DNA of 63,777 nt, filler included, from Kipferlia bialata (taxonomy: Eukaryota), in NCBI GenBank assembly GCA_003568945.1. It is 8 parts of 7 records of this genome, joined end to end, with 100 filler letters (N's around TTAATTAATTAA, not from the genome) between each part and the next. Parts side by side here need not be neighbours in the genome. Positions count along the whole stretch, not along the records: positions 30,163 to 40,447 come from BDIP01001458.1; positions 40,548 to 50,829 come from BDIP01001459.1; positions 50,930 to 61,210 come from BDIP01001460.1; 5 more parts are not named here. One strand, given 5' to 3'. The notes under the pieces are model-generated. The model ran no database searches, had not been told where the DNA came from, and worked only from the letters and a program-made list of their open reading frames with translations. Both the position numbers and the translations under genes were made by a program. Shown one piece after another: positions 38,265 to 50,965 of the stretch. The first letter of the stretch is position 1. Each line of letters starts with the position of its first letter.

Positions 38265-38765
38265 CCCCTAACTGTCAGTACTTCATGGGCTTTGATGTGG
38301 TCATCAACGCACTGGACAACGCAGCCGCAAGGTATTGCATTTGAGTTCTGTCTCTCCCCTACACCCTTTCTCTCCCCCTACACCCTTATTGTCAGGGCCA
38401 GGGTGTCTCTAATGTGCACTGTGGCTTCCATATTATATATATGGATTGTCTCTCCCCCCCCTACACCCCTTTCTCTCTCCCCCTGCCCCCTTAATGTCAG
38501 GGCCAGGGTCTCTCTCATGTGCACTGTGGCTGGGGTGCCTCTAGTGGATGCAGGGACAGCAGGGCACAACGGTATGCACTCTCTCTCTCTCTCTCTCTCT
38601 CTATCTCTATGGAGATATTCTATAAATACTATATATGTATACATGAATTCTCTATCGATTTGTCTGGTGGATGCAGGGACAGCAGGGCACAACGGTATGA
38701 AGATGTAGTATAGATACTATGATATATGGTAGTGATAGTGAACTACCCTCCCTACTTACTGGGTG

Positions 38766-38801
<36 letters not shown>

Positions 38802-39118
38802 GACCCTTATATCAGGCACTGTCTCCTCCTTCATCCCTAACCAGACTGGGTACTTCTCTCTCTCTCTCTCTCTCTGCCTAGACCCTTATTATAGGCACTG
38901 TCTCCTCCTTCATCCCTAACCAGACTGGGTGCCTCTCTCTCTCTCTCTCTCTCCCCCTCTACACCCTTATATCAGGCACTGTCTCCTCCTTCATCCCTAA
39001 CCAGACTGGGTGCTTTGGGTGCACAGGGGTCAAGGACTCAGACAACGGAAAGGGTGTGTATGTATATGTAGTATATACACACACACACAGATATATATAT
39101 ATATATATTATTGTTATT

Positions 39119-39151
<33 letters not shown>

Positions 39152-39695
39152 ATTTGGGTGCACAGGGGTCAAGGACTCAGACAACGGCAAGGGTGCGTAT
39201 ATAAATTTATGTATATGTTTATACATATATATATGTGTGTATTATTGATCTTATATGTGTGTATTATTGATATATGTATATATTATTGTTATTGTATATA
39301 TATGTATGTGTGCTTTTGTTGCACAGGGGTCAAGGACTCAGACAACGGAAAGGGTGTGTATATACAGTGTACAGAGAGTAGTATTCTCTCTCTCTCTCTC
39401 GACCACTCATTTCAGGCAACCTCCCCGTGTGCACTGTGCGTACATACCCCAGCAAGCCCCACCACTGCATAGTGTACGCAGAGACACTGCTAGGTATGTA
39501 TATATATATGTGTGTATATCCCATGTGGTATATTGTTAGATATATATATATTTAATTATAATTATTTATATATATATGTATGTATTCATTCATACCACTG
39601 CATAGTGTACGCAGAGACACTGCTTAGTACATACACACACACACACACACATATATACATTTAGCATGAGCAGTAGATAGGACGCTGCTAGTTTG

Positions 39696-39730
<35 letters not shown>

Positions 39731-40383
39731 TTAGGCCGTTTCCGTGCCTCCTATGATGAACAGTCTGACAAGACATCCATGCTCAGTGATGTGCTGTGCC
39801 CTAGGTATAATCACACGTACTCACTTTTATATAGTAGAGTATAGTCTATATAGATGTGTTCATACCTACATGTATATGACAAGACATCCATGCTCAGTGA
39901 TGTCCTTTGTCCAAGGTACCGTCTCTTTCTCCCCCACTCACTCACACTATATCAATACCCATCTCTCTATACATTTATCCGTACGGACCTATATCTCTTC
40001 TAACCTCCCAGGGTGCCTATCTCTCTCATGATTTATGTATCTAACTACCTGTATATCTCTCTTCTCTCCATCCAGGGTGCCTGTGCAGGACGAGGACGCA
40101 GCACTCTCTCTCTCTCTCTACCATCTATACGTGTAATATATATATACATATATACATACTTACCCCCAGGGTGCCTGTGCAGGACGAGGACGCAGCTCTC
40201 TCTCTCCCCCTCTCTCTCTATCTATGCTTACTATCTATACTATGTATGTATCTAACCCCCCAGGGTGCCTGTACAGGACGAGGATGCAGCTCTCTCTCTC
40301 TCTCTCTCTCTCCCTCTTTAATATACATATATATGTACACATACTTACCCCCCAGGGTGCCTGTCCAGGACGAGGACGCAGCA

Positions 40384-40386
<3 letters not shown>
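37250..40386 (+). CDS. UBA2: SUMO-activating enzyme subunit 2 (E1); partial at both ends
   Basis: ILIVGAGGIGCEL, IDLDTIDLSNLNRQF, YHDNIF, FDVVINALDNAAARARVSLMC..AGVPLVDAGTAG, CFGC and LPVCTVRTYPSKPHHCIVYA (catalytic Cys) match UBA2/SAE2 rather than UBA3. Confidence 0.92.
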
Positions 40387-40414
<28 letters not shown>

Positions 40415-40447
40415 CCCCCCCCCTCTCTCTCTATATACATATATGCA

Positions 40448-40547
40448 NNNNNNNNNNNNNNNNNNNNNNNNNNNNNNNNNNNNNNNNNNNNTTAATTAAT
40501 TAANNNNNNNNNNNNNNNNNNNNNNNNNNNNNNNNNNNNNNNNNNNN
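40448..40547. other. Artificial contig linker
   Basis: N44-TTAATTAATTAA-N44. Confidence 0.98.
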
Positions 40548-40593
40548 TGGTTTTTTTTTTTTGAGAGCCCCCCCCCCCCCCCCCCCACCACAG

Positions 40594-42572
40594 GTCTCAA
40601 ACTGCGTCTTGAGAACACCTTTGCCCTACAACTCAAGGAGGCACACGACACGGCACTCAGCAACGCAAAGAGACAGCTGGGTATGTACTGCGTACTTTGT
40701 ACAGTCTACTCCCTCACACACACTCTTTCTCTCTCTAGCCCCTAATTTCCAGACAAGGAGTCGAAGCTCCTTCGTACCCAGAACCAGCACCTGATGGACA
40801 CGCTCAAGGCACTCAACACTAGGGCCACACACCAGTTCACAATGCAGGTGGGTATCTATTTATATATATGGTAGTATCTGTGTCGTATGTATATATCTAT
40901 ATAGTACTCTGCCTCACCCCAGGCCCATGGGCGTGGTGTATCTGATGCCCCAGGGACAGGGGGTGCGGCAACCACGCCCACCCCTGCCATACCCGGTGTA
41001 CCAGGGGCCTCCCCCACTGTACTTGACCCTTCTACTCCCTCTCTCTACACCCCTGTGTCCCTGTCTGCCCCTGTGGCCACTGGTGTGTCTCTGGACAAGG
41101 ACCTAGTCAAGGCCGCAGGGCAGAGGCTGAGGCAGGCCAACGCAGAGACAGAGGCAGAGAGAGAGAGGGCAGACGCCCTGGAGGCAGAGGCGGCATCACT
41201 GAGGAGTGAGCTGGCAGTGACAAAGAGAGAGCTGACCCAGGGGCTGAGGAGGCTGGAGACGGAGAACGCAAGCAAGACGACCTCACTTGAGAGGTTGCTG
41301 TTCTACAAGTGTAGGGAGTTGGAGAGGGTGAGACACCTGGCAGCTGCGGTGCTGCAGAGAAGGTACATAGTATATTACGGTTACTATATACTATCTGATC
41401 CCGTGTACGTGTAGTGTAGCACACTATACTCTGTGTCTGACCCCCAGGACTGACCTGGAGACTGTTGCCTCCAGGGCCATAGCGCACATCACGGAGAGGT
41501 GGGGAGGGGGTGTTTGTATGTCACTCGCATATAGTGTGGACTTGGTGCGTGCACTATTCTCTCTAGATCTAACCTCCAGGGAGAGAGACCGCACTGCCCA
41601 GGCCCAGCACACACAGAGGCTCTCACCCGTGCTTAGACAGGGGGCCCTCCCTAGACTACCCACTACCCCAGGCAAGTCATTATTTCATTATATGTACCTA
41701 TAGTGTACGCTCTTAATGTATCGTATATCATATACTTCTAGTAACACCAGGCAACCGACTGCAGACCACATCCACCACTAGGAGGGACGCTAGACACAGG
41801 GCCAACTGGACAGATGATATGGCCACACAGTCTAGGTGGGTGCAGAGAGGCATACGGTGTGCCTATCTCTCTCTCTGTCTCTCTGTCTCTCTCTCTGACC
41901 CCCAGGTACGGTGATGGTGTGCACACACACATATATAAGGAGATATTATCATCTCTCTATATTTATATCTGACCCCAGGGACGGTGTGAGGCAGACAGGC
42001 ACCAGGGAGGGTGCTGCAAGGGCACGTACGTCAGGCAGGGCCACAGTGATGGGTATAAGGACTGAGACTGGGGGTGCCTCCTCCTCGATGTCCAGGGCCA
42101 ACTCTGCCCTGGGTGCACTGTCATCGAGTAGGTCTAGGGACATGCCCTCACTATCAAGCAGACAGGGGGAGAGAGAGAGAGAGAGGTCGGGCCTCTCCAC
42201 TCAGCCTGTCCGAGGAGGGAGGGAGTCCAGAGCTGGGAGAGAGAGAGATACCTCTGACCCAGTTGCCAAGTCAGACAGGCCCATCCATGTACATCCCTCT
42301 GCCTCCATAGCGGCTCTCTCAGACACAGCCGTCGATAACGTGGTCAGGTACGACATATAGTATATGTCTCTATCACGTATATGAGTATTTCTTTGACACT
42401 ACTGACCCCCAGGGCCCTAGTGCAGGTGATGCGGCAGGGCAGGGGCAAGGCCATACCCTCAGACGCCCCCCTTCCATCGGGTACCATACCCCTCACTGTG
42501 TCAGGCACAGGGGGTGGGGGTGGGGTTGGAGTGGTGGAGGACGAGGATGGGAGGCTGGACATGATGGACTGA
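40594..42572 (+). CDS. BBOF1/CCDC176-like flagellar coiled-coil protein, 3' part
   Basis: LKLRLENTF...KRQLDKESKLLRTQNQHL and LLFYKCRELERVRHLAAAVLQRRTDLE resemble BBOF1 as I recall it (K.REMNRVKKLAKNILDERTEVE). Stop at 42570-42572. Confidence 0.6.
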
Positions 42573-42732
42573 AACCATTAGTGTACGTATTTCAATAGAG
42601 TCTTACCAGAGTTCATTCTGTTCTGAGAAGCAGATTGTCAGTACTTGTGTTCTCATTCATACTACACTCAGCATTTGACAGGACTTACCATTCTTCTATA
42701 GGAGAGACCCTGTATACTGAAGAATCACTAGT

Positions 42733-45700
42733 ATGGACACTGTAGAGTGTAGAGCCTATTGTATAAACGTCACTGTATGGAGGATTTCTTAGTTTGCACT
42801 GTAGTCACCGTTCGTGTTGAGTGCGATGCGGGATCCACCTACCTCTTTCAGAGTCCCAGAACCAGTGCCTTCAAGAGTCTTGTCCCAGCAAGACTGGGCC
42901 TAGGTCCATGGTGATGGACAGGCTCTATGAGTATTCGTCAAGGTAATGAGTATGATACATGCCATATACTGTCTTGTCTGGCTTCTTGTCCCACTGAGTC
43001 ACTGTTTATATCCTAGAGCAGTAGCCAGTCAGAGTTTCCATGCAGTCGTTGAATTATCATGCCCTACCTCACTAATGGCATAACCAGAATTGAATACCTA
43101 CAGTTGTCTTTCTCTTCTGCTGGTCGTATTAGATCTATTGGCCCACAGTAACACTACTAACCCAGGCTGCTTGTGGCCCGCTCTCCTTGTACTGCCGCAG
43201 CCATATCCTTCAGCCTATACTGTGTGGCAGTGTTGCATGTATGCCTCACCCTACTATCCGAGGCTGTTGCTTCTGTTCTCCTCAGGGAACACCTTTGGTC
43301 TGAGAGACACCCATTGTTATCCCTCATTCTCGGCCAGATTACTACACACTGTCCTCGTATATCATGGCCGACTGACCTCTGTCTCCACGTGTATCCAGTA
43401 ATTGGCACTGTGTTCTGTGGCATCAACCTAGCAACCCAGCGTAGACCTAGGCCGTCAGTACAGGTTGGCTCACTGAATCGTGTACAGCATCTACTCTCAA
43501 CTGGCACTCAAACTCACCTCAGGTTGCTCTTCTAGTCTGCTTCCTTGCAATGGTGGCTTCTAGTCTCTCTCTATTCGGGATTACCGGTAGCGCTACCATG
43601 ATTACTCCAAACTCCCTTGTTGCGATCCATGTCATGTGTGTGGTGGCAGGGTGCATACTCCCAAGTGTGCCCAGCAGAGGGGCACTAGCGTGTGTCACAC
43701 TGCTACAGTCATATGATACTATCAGTACGATTGAGAAAGAGGTGGGCTATAAGTTATAGCTAATGACTCAGACTTCACAGGAACATCATACACCTCCATT
43801 ACTACAGATCTGCCCCAGTTTCCAAGAGCCCCATTCCACACAGTACACCTTCTTGCAGTGGCTCTTGGTAGAAAATGACACGGAAGTGCCGCTGTTTCCG
43901 TCGCAGGTGCAGTATCTGTCGTATAAGAAAGCAAGGGTTTAGCAGGCCTCCCTCACATCAGGTGAAGGAGATCATGCTGTCCTGCAGTGCTAAGACAGGA
44001 GCTGGCATTTGGTGAGAGAAGTGAATCATCATATGCTTCTACACTATCCCCTGCTGAAAGTATATACAACTGTTCGTCACGCGCACCACTATATATATAC
44101 TTTTCACTCAGTGGGTGACTATCTACACTGACCCAGGGATATCCAGGACTGCCCCATGGGAACTCCTCTCGTCCTGATGTTCTGGGCATTAGCACAGACA
44201 CTACGCGGAAGACTAGGAACACACATATTCGAGACCCTATACAAGAGGCATACCCTGTTACGGGAAAGGTAATCATATCGCAAGTATACCTGTGTAATGA
44301 GTACGTGTAGGTCAAGAGTGGCTGAGTATATGTCATTCTCACCTAGGTCCTGGATTCGTAGGACTCCTCTAGCCAGGCCTCTCACAGAGACATTCCATAG
44401 GCACCCACTGTCTGTTCACCTACACGGTGACATTGCAGCTTACACTGAAGCTGGTACGCCTCAGAGATGTAGTTGCTCATTCACTCATAAACACATACCC
44501 ATATATACAGTCTCTGGTCACCACAGTACTCTCACAGCTCTGACCGGCAGGTGCCCTCTTGTCGCTCCTCAATACAGCTATTCACCTGTTTCGGGAACCT
44601 ACATATCAAGACGCAGTCCGTGTGTGTGAGTTCTACCTGACATCTGGTTGCATACTGTCCCACACTGGTGTACAGTTCCCAACCACCCCTGAGGAGGTGG
44701 ATGACAATGCATGGTTCCTGGTGCCACAGTCATCACGCTCATGTACGTTACCTGATACAATGTTCATGTGCCACTATCTAGCTCTTCCATTGTATGTGAC
44801 CGGCGGGATGATCCCATAACCACCAGGCTTTGCCCGTCTTCCCACACCGCCGATACCACCGCCACCTGCGCCGTGTAACGTTTTAGTATGGCCACCGGTA
44901 GCAGTGTCCCATATGGGAGACATGGAGCGTTGCTTTGAGGTATGAGGTATTACTCTGTCCGAAGTGGTGTGTCTTCCTCCTGCTAAGTTAGCAGCTAACC
45001 CCCAGATGCCGTATTGTCTGGTAGCACAAGAGAGGGCGATCTATGTGACAGCACAATGGGGAAGACTGTTTCGAATCAGAGTTGATGTGAGTCTTGTGTA
45101 TATAGCTGGAATCCTTAACACCATGCATAGAGATTCTTTTGACACCAGGAGAAGGTTCTACGAGAGGACCCGCACGCAGCCTGGATCAAACACCTTGATG
45201 ACGCGGTGAGTAGCGTTATGACTTCTCAGCAGTGTATTTATTCAGTAATCATTAATTGTCTAATAGCGTAGCTACCTGACACGGGTCGACACGTGCAGTG
45301 GTATGTAAACAACATGTACCAGGCATCCTGGCGGTCGTCCGAGTACGCAGTAGGCAAGAGCCGATTCAGACAGCGTGACAAGAAGCAGGTGAGTCTAATT
45401 AGTAACGCGTTCTTGATACAGTATACTACGCTACTCACAAACAGTACCTGTTCCCCTGGAGCTTCGCACTATATGTAGATATCAGGGATTCACATGGTAG
45501 ACCCCTGCTGATACGAGGCGCTTGGACGATGCATTGGTATGGTTAACACCGATACATTATATAGATACTAGTATTGCACCGCTATTCTCAGGCATCGCCG
45601 GCACATGCGACAACTTAGGCTGTGGGAGACGAATCCAAACGAGGTAGGACATTCACGTTGTATGTAAGCCTTGAGTTGCGTCAGTAGAATCAAATGGTTC

Positions 45701-46120
45701 AAAGTATCCATCTGCCTGAAGAGACGGCCATTTTGTGCTAACATTCCAGAGCCATAAGGAGGCCAAGGGAATCCTTAGAGTCCTTCCAAGGGAGCAGTCG
45801 TTAGGAAACATGAGGTACTCGTCATTGTAAGTTCCATATTCTCACCTAACTCCGCAAAGATCGACTAACTTACAGTGATCAAAGAAGGAGGGACAACCCA
45901 GGGTATTCATCACACAGACACACAACGGTGGCTGCTGAGAGAGGTTGTGTTCAAATGCAGTCGACTGCGACTCCCGTTGTGTTACTTCGTCCTGTTGTTA
46001 ACACAAGAAGTCACACTCTAACTTTGCCAAGGTATGTAAACACTAGGTGTTCGATAGGGAGCCATATTGCACTTCGGTGTATGTATTTGATTCTGACACT
46101 GAAGAGTTGAAAATCTTTAC
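42733..46120 (+). CDS. Probable N-terminal exons (hydrophobic/TM segments) of the PDE-like gene; structure poorly resolved
   Basis: Plus-strand exons with short GT-AG introns and hydrophobic stretches at 43160-43740. Continuity with the PDE domain is not fully verified. Confidence 0.35.
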
Positions 46121-46132
46121 TACTTAATCCAG

Positions 46133-47990
46133 ACAACTCTTTCGGGCGCCCTTGGTAATCACATCACGGGCAAGGATGCGTGACTTTGTGTACCAGTACA
46201 AGGGACTACTCAGAGAGTCCCGAAGTCGGTACGACTTGATACTAATGCGAATCATAACCGCTTCTATACGACTCTAACCCAACAGTGAAGCTCTGTATCG
46301 ATTCAGCAGTGACCCTTCGTATGACGTCAGATGCCTAGACTATGTAACTGGCAAGTTGACTCTGGAGGTAGAGAGAACAATAGTGCACAATAGTACAGTG
46401 TTGCCTTTAACCTTTCGGTTCCCATACTCTGACCTCAGGTTGTGTGTGTGTACATGTTCAACCTACATGGACTGGAGACTACTGGAGTGACTGTTGCCAC
46501 TCTGCTGGCATTCATCATGACCGTCAAGGTATCATGGCAAAGACTTCACTACTTGGACAACACCCAAGTAAAGACGTCGGCTACTTCGCAGTTCTCTATG
46601 ACTAGGTTTCTATTGCGCTACATTATCTTGATGCCATCAGTGTATTCACTCACCCGACAGCATGGGTATCGCAATGTCCCCTTTCAGAATGAGATGCATG
46701 CGCTGCAGTGCCTCCACTCCATACACCACATGGTACACAGTGTCAGGGCAAGTACAGATGGGACATCCTACATTACGGCAATTCAGGTGAAGGGGTGTAT
46801 ATTTGTATCAGATGGGTATGGATGTGACGCATTCTGACCCCAGACCCTGTTCCTCCTGATGGCCGGGGTATGTCACGGGTTGGACGGTGGCATGGCATCT
46901 AGCCAAGTGGCCGGAAACTGCCAGGTATTGAATAGGAAGTATACAGGGTCCCACGATTCAGTGTGATTCATATGTGGTTCTACTAATCACTGTATCTACA
47001 CTGAACACCGGAACTTACCCTTCAGTCCCTCGTCTGTGGGTGCATGCATAGGAGCCATGCCCTACAGTCACACGCCGCTGGGTGAGAAGTGTGCTCTATG
47101 TATCATATGCTATGATAACACTGCTATCCCCCTTAGACAATGTCCTCTTCTAGAGTATGGAACGAGTACGACTAGTTTAGTGTGAAATCTAATACTAATC
47201 CCAGAGTGGCTCTGATAGCCGCCAAGGAGACTGGCTTCCTAGACAACCTCCCTATGCGATCTGTCCATGTGTTTAGGTCGCTGGTCCGTTCCACTGATGC
47301 TTCTTGTGTTCTGCCCCTGGTCACTGAGATACAGGTCAGTCAGTGTCATGACTATTCATCCCATGATGGAAGACTATCTTCTGGTGTTGAGACATACACC
47401 CTATGTTCTAACCTCACCCTTAGGCATTCCGCAAGTGGATGGAGAGTCTAACGGAGAAGAATAGGAAACTGGCACTCCAAGTGGCTAGAAAGGAGGTAGA
47501 CAAGTCAAAACTACCTACATCCCGTGTGTCTACTAGACTAGTAGTACTAGTGTATAGTTGAGTGCGAAAGCTTACCCCAGGTTGAGGAGGTCTTGCCCAC
47601 CATGCTGATTGTGACAAACTCCGTGTTAGGGACAGAGCAGTACATGCTAATGAGGGGCATACTGGTGCTGGCATGCACAGGGTCCATAGGGAAGACTGGG
47701 TTCAGAGAGAGGTGCGACAATAATCCTACGCTGTTTGCAGAAAATCGAGTAACAATTTATCGTGGTGTCACCTGAATGATTCCAGGTGGAAGGATGAGCA
47801 ACGTATACACAGAGTGACAGAGATGGGTGCCCTTGGCATATCGAGACAGTGGATAGGAAGGGAGGAGGAGAGAGCCAATGCATTCCACACATGTCACAGA
47901 GCACTCTTGGATCAGATGAGGGGTCTATCTGCCATGATGAAGCTGACATTCCTGACCAGTCTACTGGAGAGACTCAGGGGTGAGGACTAG
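46133..47990 (+). CDS. Divergent class I cyclic-nucleotide phosphodiesterase-like domain (probable pseudoenzyme)
   Basis: Spliced YDVRCLDYVTG..LEVVCVYMF...LLAFIMTVKHGYRNVPFQNEMHALQC...LLMAGVCHGLDGG...FRSLVRSTDAS...GILVLACTGS...GED*. This parallels the PDEase_I motifs YHNxxHA, HDxDH, ATD and CADxS in order. Confidence 0.7.
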
Positions 47991-48158
47991 CGGACCGCGA
48001 ACAAATAGAGTATATTGTCTAATCATTGACACACAACACACTCTATTTCTACTCTCTTCACCTCATTGCTAAGCTAGACGATACAATTACACAACACACA
48101 ATAGTACTATTGAACACTCTATACTCTACAATCCACACTGCACTACTCGCCACCCTCT

Positions 48159-50184
48159 CTACTCCTGCTTGGTCCTGTCACACTCCTTGTCACACTCCCT
48201 ACTCGGTCTGAGGATGATGACAACGGAGAGCAGAGCAACAAACCACATTGTGAACACAGACACGAGCACCAGGCTCTGCATGACTGATGACACCAGCCAT
48301 GTCTGTCCATCAGGACTGGTCACAAACCCCTCGCTGTTCTTGATGAGGGCCCCATTGGATAGGCCCAGGGCACTCCACATACATACAGCCTGTAGCCAGT
48401 AGGACTTGCCAAGCTTGGTGGGTGTGGAGGGGTTGGACCCCTTGCGGCAGAGGTAGAGGGAGAAGGAGACGTAGATGAGGGCCACGCACAGCCACCAGCC
48501 CATGAAGTTGGAGAAGGGAACGCCGAAGTAGCATCCACCCTGGGGGTCAGAGAGAGGATAGACACAAACACACTCATACGTATATATACAACACTACCCA
48601 CCTCCTCCCACACCCACTTACCCTCTAGTGTAGCCATCCTCCTCCTCCTCCTCTCTCTCTCTCTCTATATATATATACATATATACAACACTACCCACCT
48701 CCTCCCACACCCACTGTCCCTCGAGTGTGGCCATCATGGGGTCAAAGGTCATGTCCCACATCACCATGACAAATGCTGCTATCAGGGGCTGGGCCAGGAT
48801 GTCAAAGGGGGTCCGCTCGGCATTAAACACTCTGAGGAGTAAGAGAGGTAGAGAGAGAGAGAGAGAGAGTGACAGGCGTAAAGAGATAAGTATGTATGAT
48901 GATACACCCATACCCGAGCAGGATGGGAGCCATAGTCCCATATATGCATAGTACAGGTTCTATCAATATACATATATATATATATATATCATAGTGTGTG
49001 TGTATACATACCCGAGCAGGATGGGAGCCTAGATATATCCATCTATATACATATATATATATACATACCCGAGGATGGGTGCCATAGTCCATGCCAGGTA
49101 CAGGTACTATTAATATATGTATATATATACATATGTCATAGTATAATGGGGTATGTAGATGCATATATTTATATATATATATGCATCTACATACCCCAGA
49201 AGGATGGGTGCCATAGTCCATGCCAGGTACCCTGCCCCAAAATATGCAGGGGAGATGGCCAGGGGGACCAGGAACAGCTTGAGACCCAAGATGTCTGAGT
49301 AGTGGTAGTGGCCAAAGGGAAAGGACGTGATGACGCTGGGGTCAGTACCAAGGGTTCTATATATCTGTGTACAGGTATATAACGGTATCAGTGTACACAT
49401 TCAAAGTAGTATGTATGTACATCAGTACCTCAGGTTCTCCAGCACATTGCTGATGACAAAGGTGATGGCAGCAAAGACCAGGAACTGACGCATAGAGTAC
49501 CTGAGGTAAGGGGAGACATACGAATAATGTATGTATATGTATACATTCATATATATATATTGAGAGAGAGAGAGAGAGAGAGCGGATGATGGCAGCAAAG
49601 ACCAGGAACTGACGCACAGAGTACCTGAGGTAAGGGGAGACTTATAGGAGAGAGAGAGAGAAAGAGGATATATACAGCGAAGAGGTGACACGCGGAGAGA
49701 GGAGGAACAAATTGGATTTAGGGCAGGGGGGGGGGGGGGCGGAGAGAGAGAAGAAAGAGAGAAATCCAAGAGGCATGATCGACTCAGGGTGGGTTGTTGC
49801 ATGCTTTACATACACTAGATGATATATGTGTATACTAGATGATGTATGTATATACCTCTTGAGGCCGTGCACTATGCTGAATGTGACCATGCACTATATA
49901 CCCTATATATATATGTGTGTGTGTATATATATGTGTATATGTATATATACAATACATGTATACCTCTTGAGGCCGTGCACTATGCTGAATGTGACCAGCA
50001 GTATGACGTGGGTGACACCGGTGAGGCCCAGGGGGACAAGGTCATACAGGTTGTTGAACACAATGAAGACCACAAAGACGATGGGGAGGAGCCACAGGAG
50101 CCAGTTCATGCATCCTGAGGGTGAGGGACGAATATATAGAGGAAGCAGTATATAGTGGCAGACTAGGTGAGACTGACTTGTCAT
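48159..50184 (-). CDS. CruF/DUF422 (carotenoid hydratase-like) membrane protein
   Basis: ENLSVITSFPFGHYHYSDILGLKLFLVPLAI, WDMTFDPM...GQWVWEEGGCYFGVPFSNFMGWW and multiple TM helices; 5 introns. Confidence 0.88.
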
Positions 50185-50556
50185 AAATTAACTGGATAAT
50201 ATCACAGTATGGTGCTGTGAGATATGGTTATGTATTGAGTACAGTAAGAAGGTGTGACACTGTGTTAGGGTATTACTGAAGCGTGAGGGCTATTCACACT
50301 GATTCAGTTACATTCAAGTTGACAGAACAGTTGGACTCGAGGTTAATATATGTTCGTACACATACAGTCGACTAGCATGTGTGTTCACCGGTACGTACTG
50401 GGGGATATGGGTGCCATCGCTACAACCAATGTGTGGACAGAGGTCTGAGAAGAAGGCAACTGAGACGTCTCTTTGATCGCCAGACCCTTTTGCCAAAGCC
50501 CTTGCCTCTTCGCTGCGAAGACTTCGCATGTCACCGCAGACACCTATTCTCTCAGT

Positions 50557-50779
50557 ATGGGAGGGTGGGTCCCGCTCCTCTTATACCATGCGACCCTCTT
50601 CAGACGTCGCTGGTACCTCCCTGTCTGTATGGTTGTGGTGCCCATGCTGGTACCCCTGTGCTTCCACATCCTTGTAGGGTCCAACATAGCAGGTGGGTGT
50701 CTCTCTCTCCTAGTCTCCCTCCTCTGTTTCAAGAGATAGTAACTACCATTCAGGATCATATCAGATTGTGGGTCACAAG

Positions 50780-50780
<1 letters not shown>
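50557..50780 (+). CDS. N-terminal fragment of a membrane protein (possibly ABCA-type); truncated
   Basis: MGGWVPLLLYHATLFRRRWYLPVCMVVVPMLVPLCF loosely resembles the ABCA N-terminus (LLWKN...RR..TM); followed by a GTGGGT donor. Confidence 0.3.
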
Positions 50781-50829
<49 letters not shown>

Positions 50830-50929
50830 NNNNNNNNNNNNNNNNNNNNNNNNNNNNNNNNNNNNNNNNNNNNTTAATTAATTAANNNNNNNNNNNNNNN
50901 NNNNNNNNNNNNNNNNNNNNNNNNNNNNN
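50830..50929. other. Artificial contig linker
   Basis: N44-TTAATTAATTAA-N44. Confidence 0.98.
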
Positions 50930-50965
50930 TATATATATAAAGTATACATTTACCAATACTCTCAC

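Noticed and set aside
38810..40390. CRISPR-like repeat/spacer pattern (about 30-nt repeats)
   Set aside because: The repeats are exon edges of a eukaryotic gene, the spacers are variable-length microsatellite DNA, and there are no cas genes.
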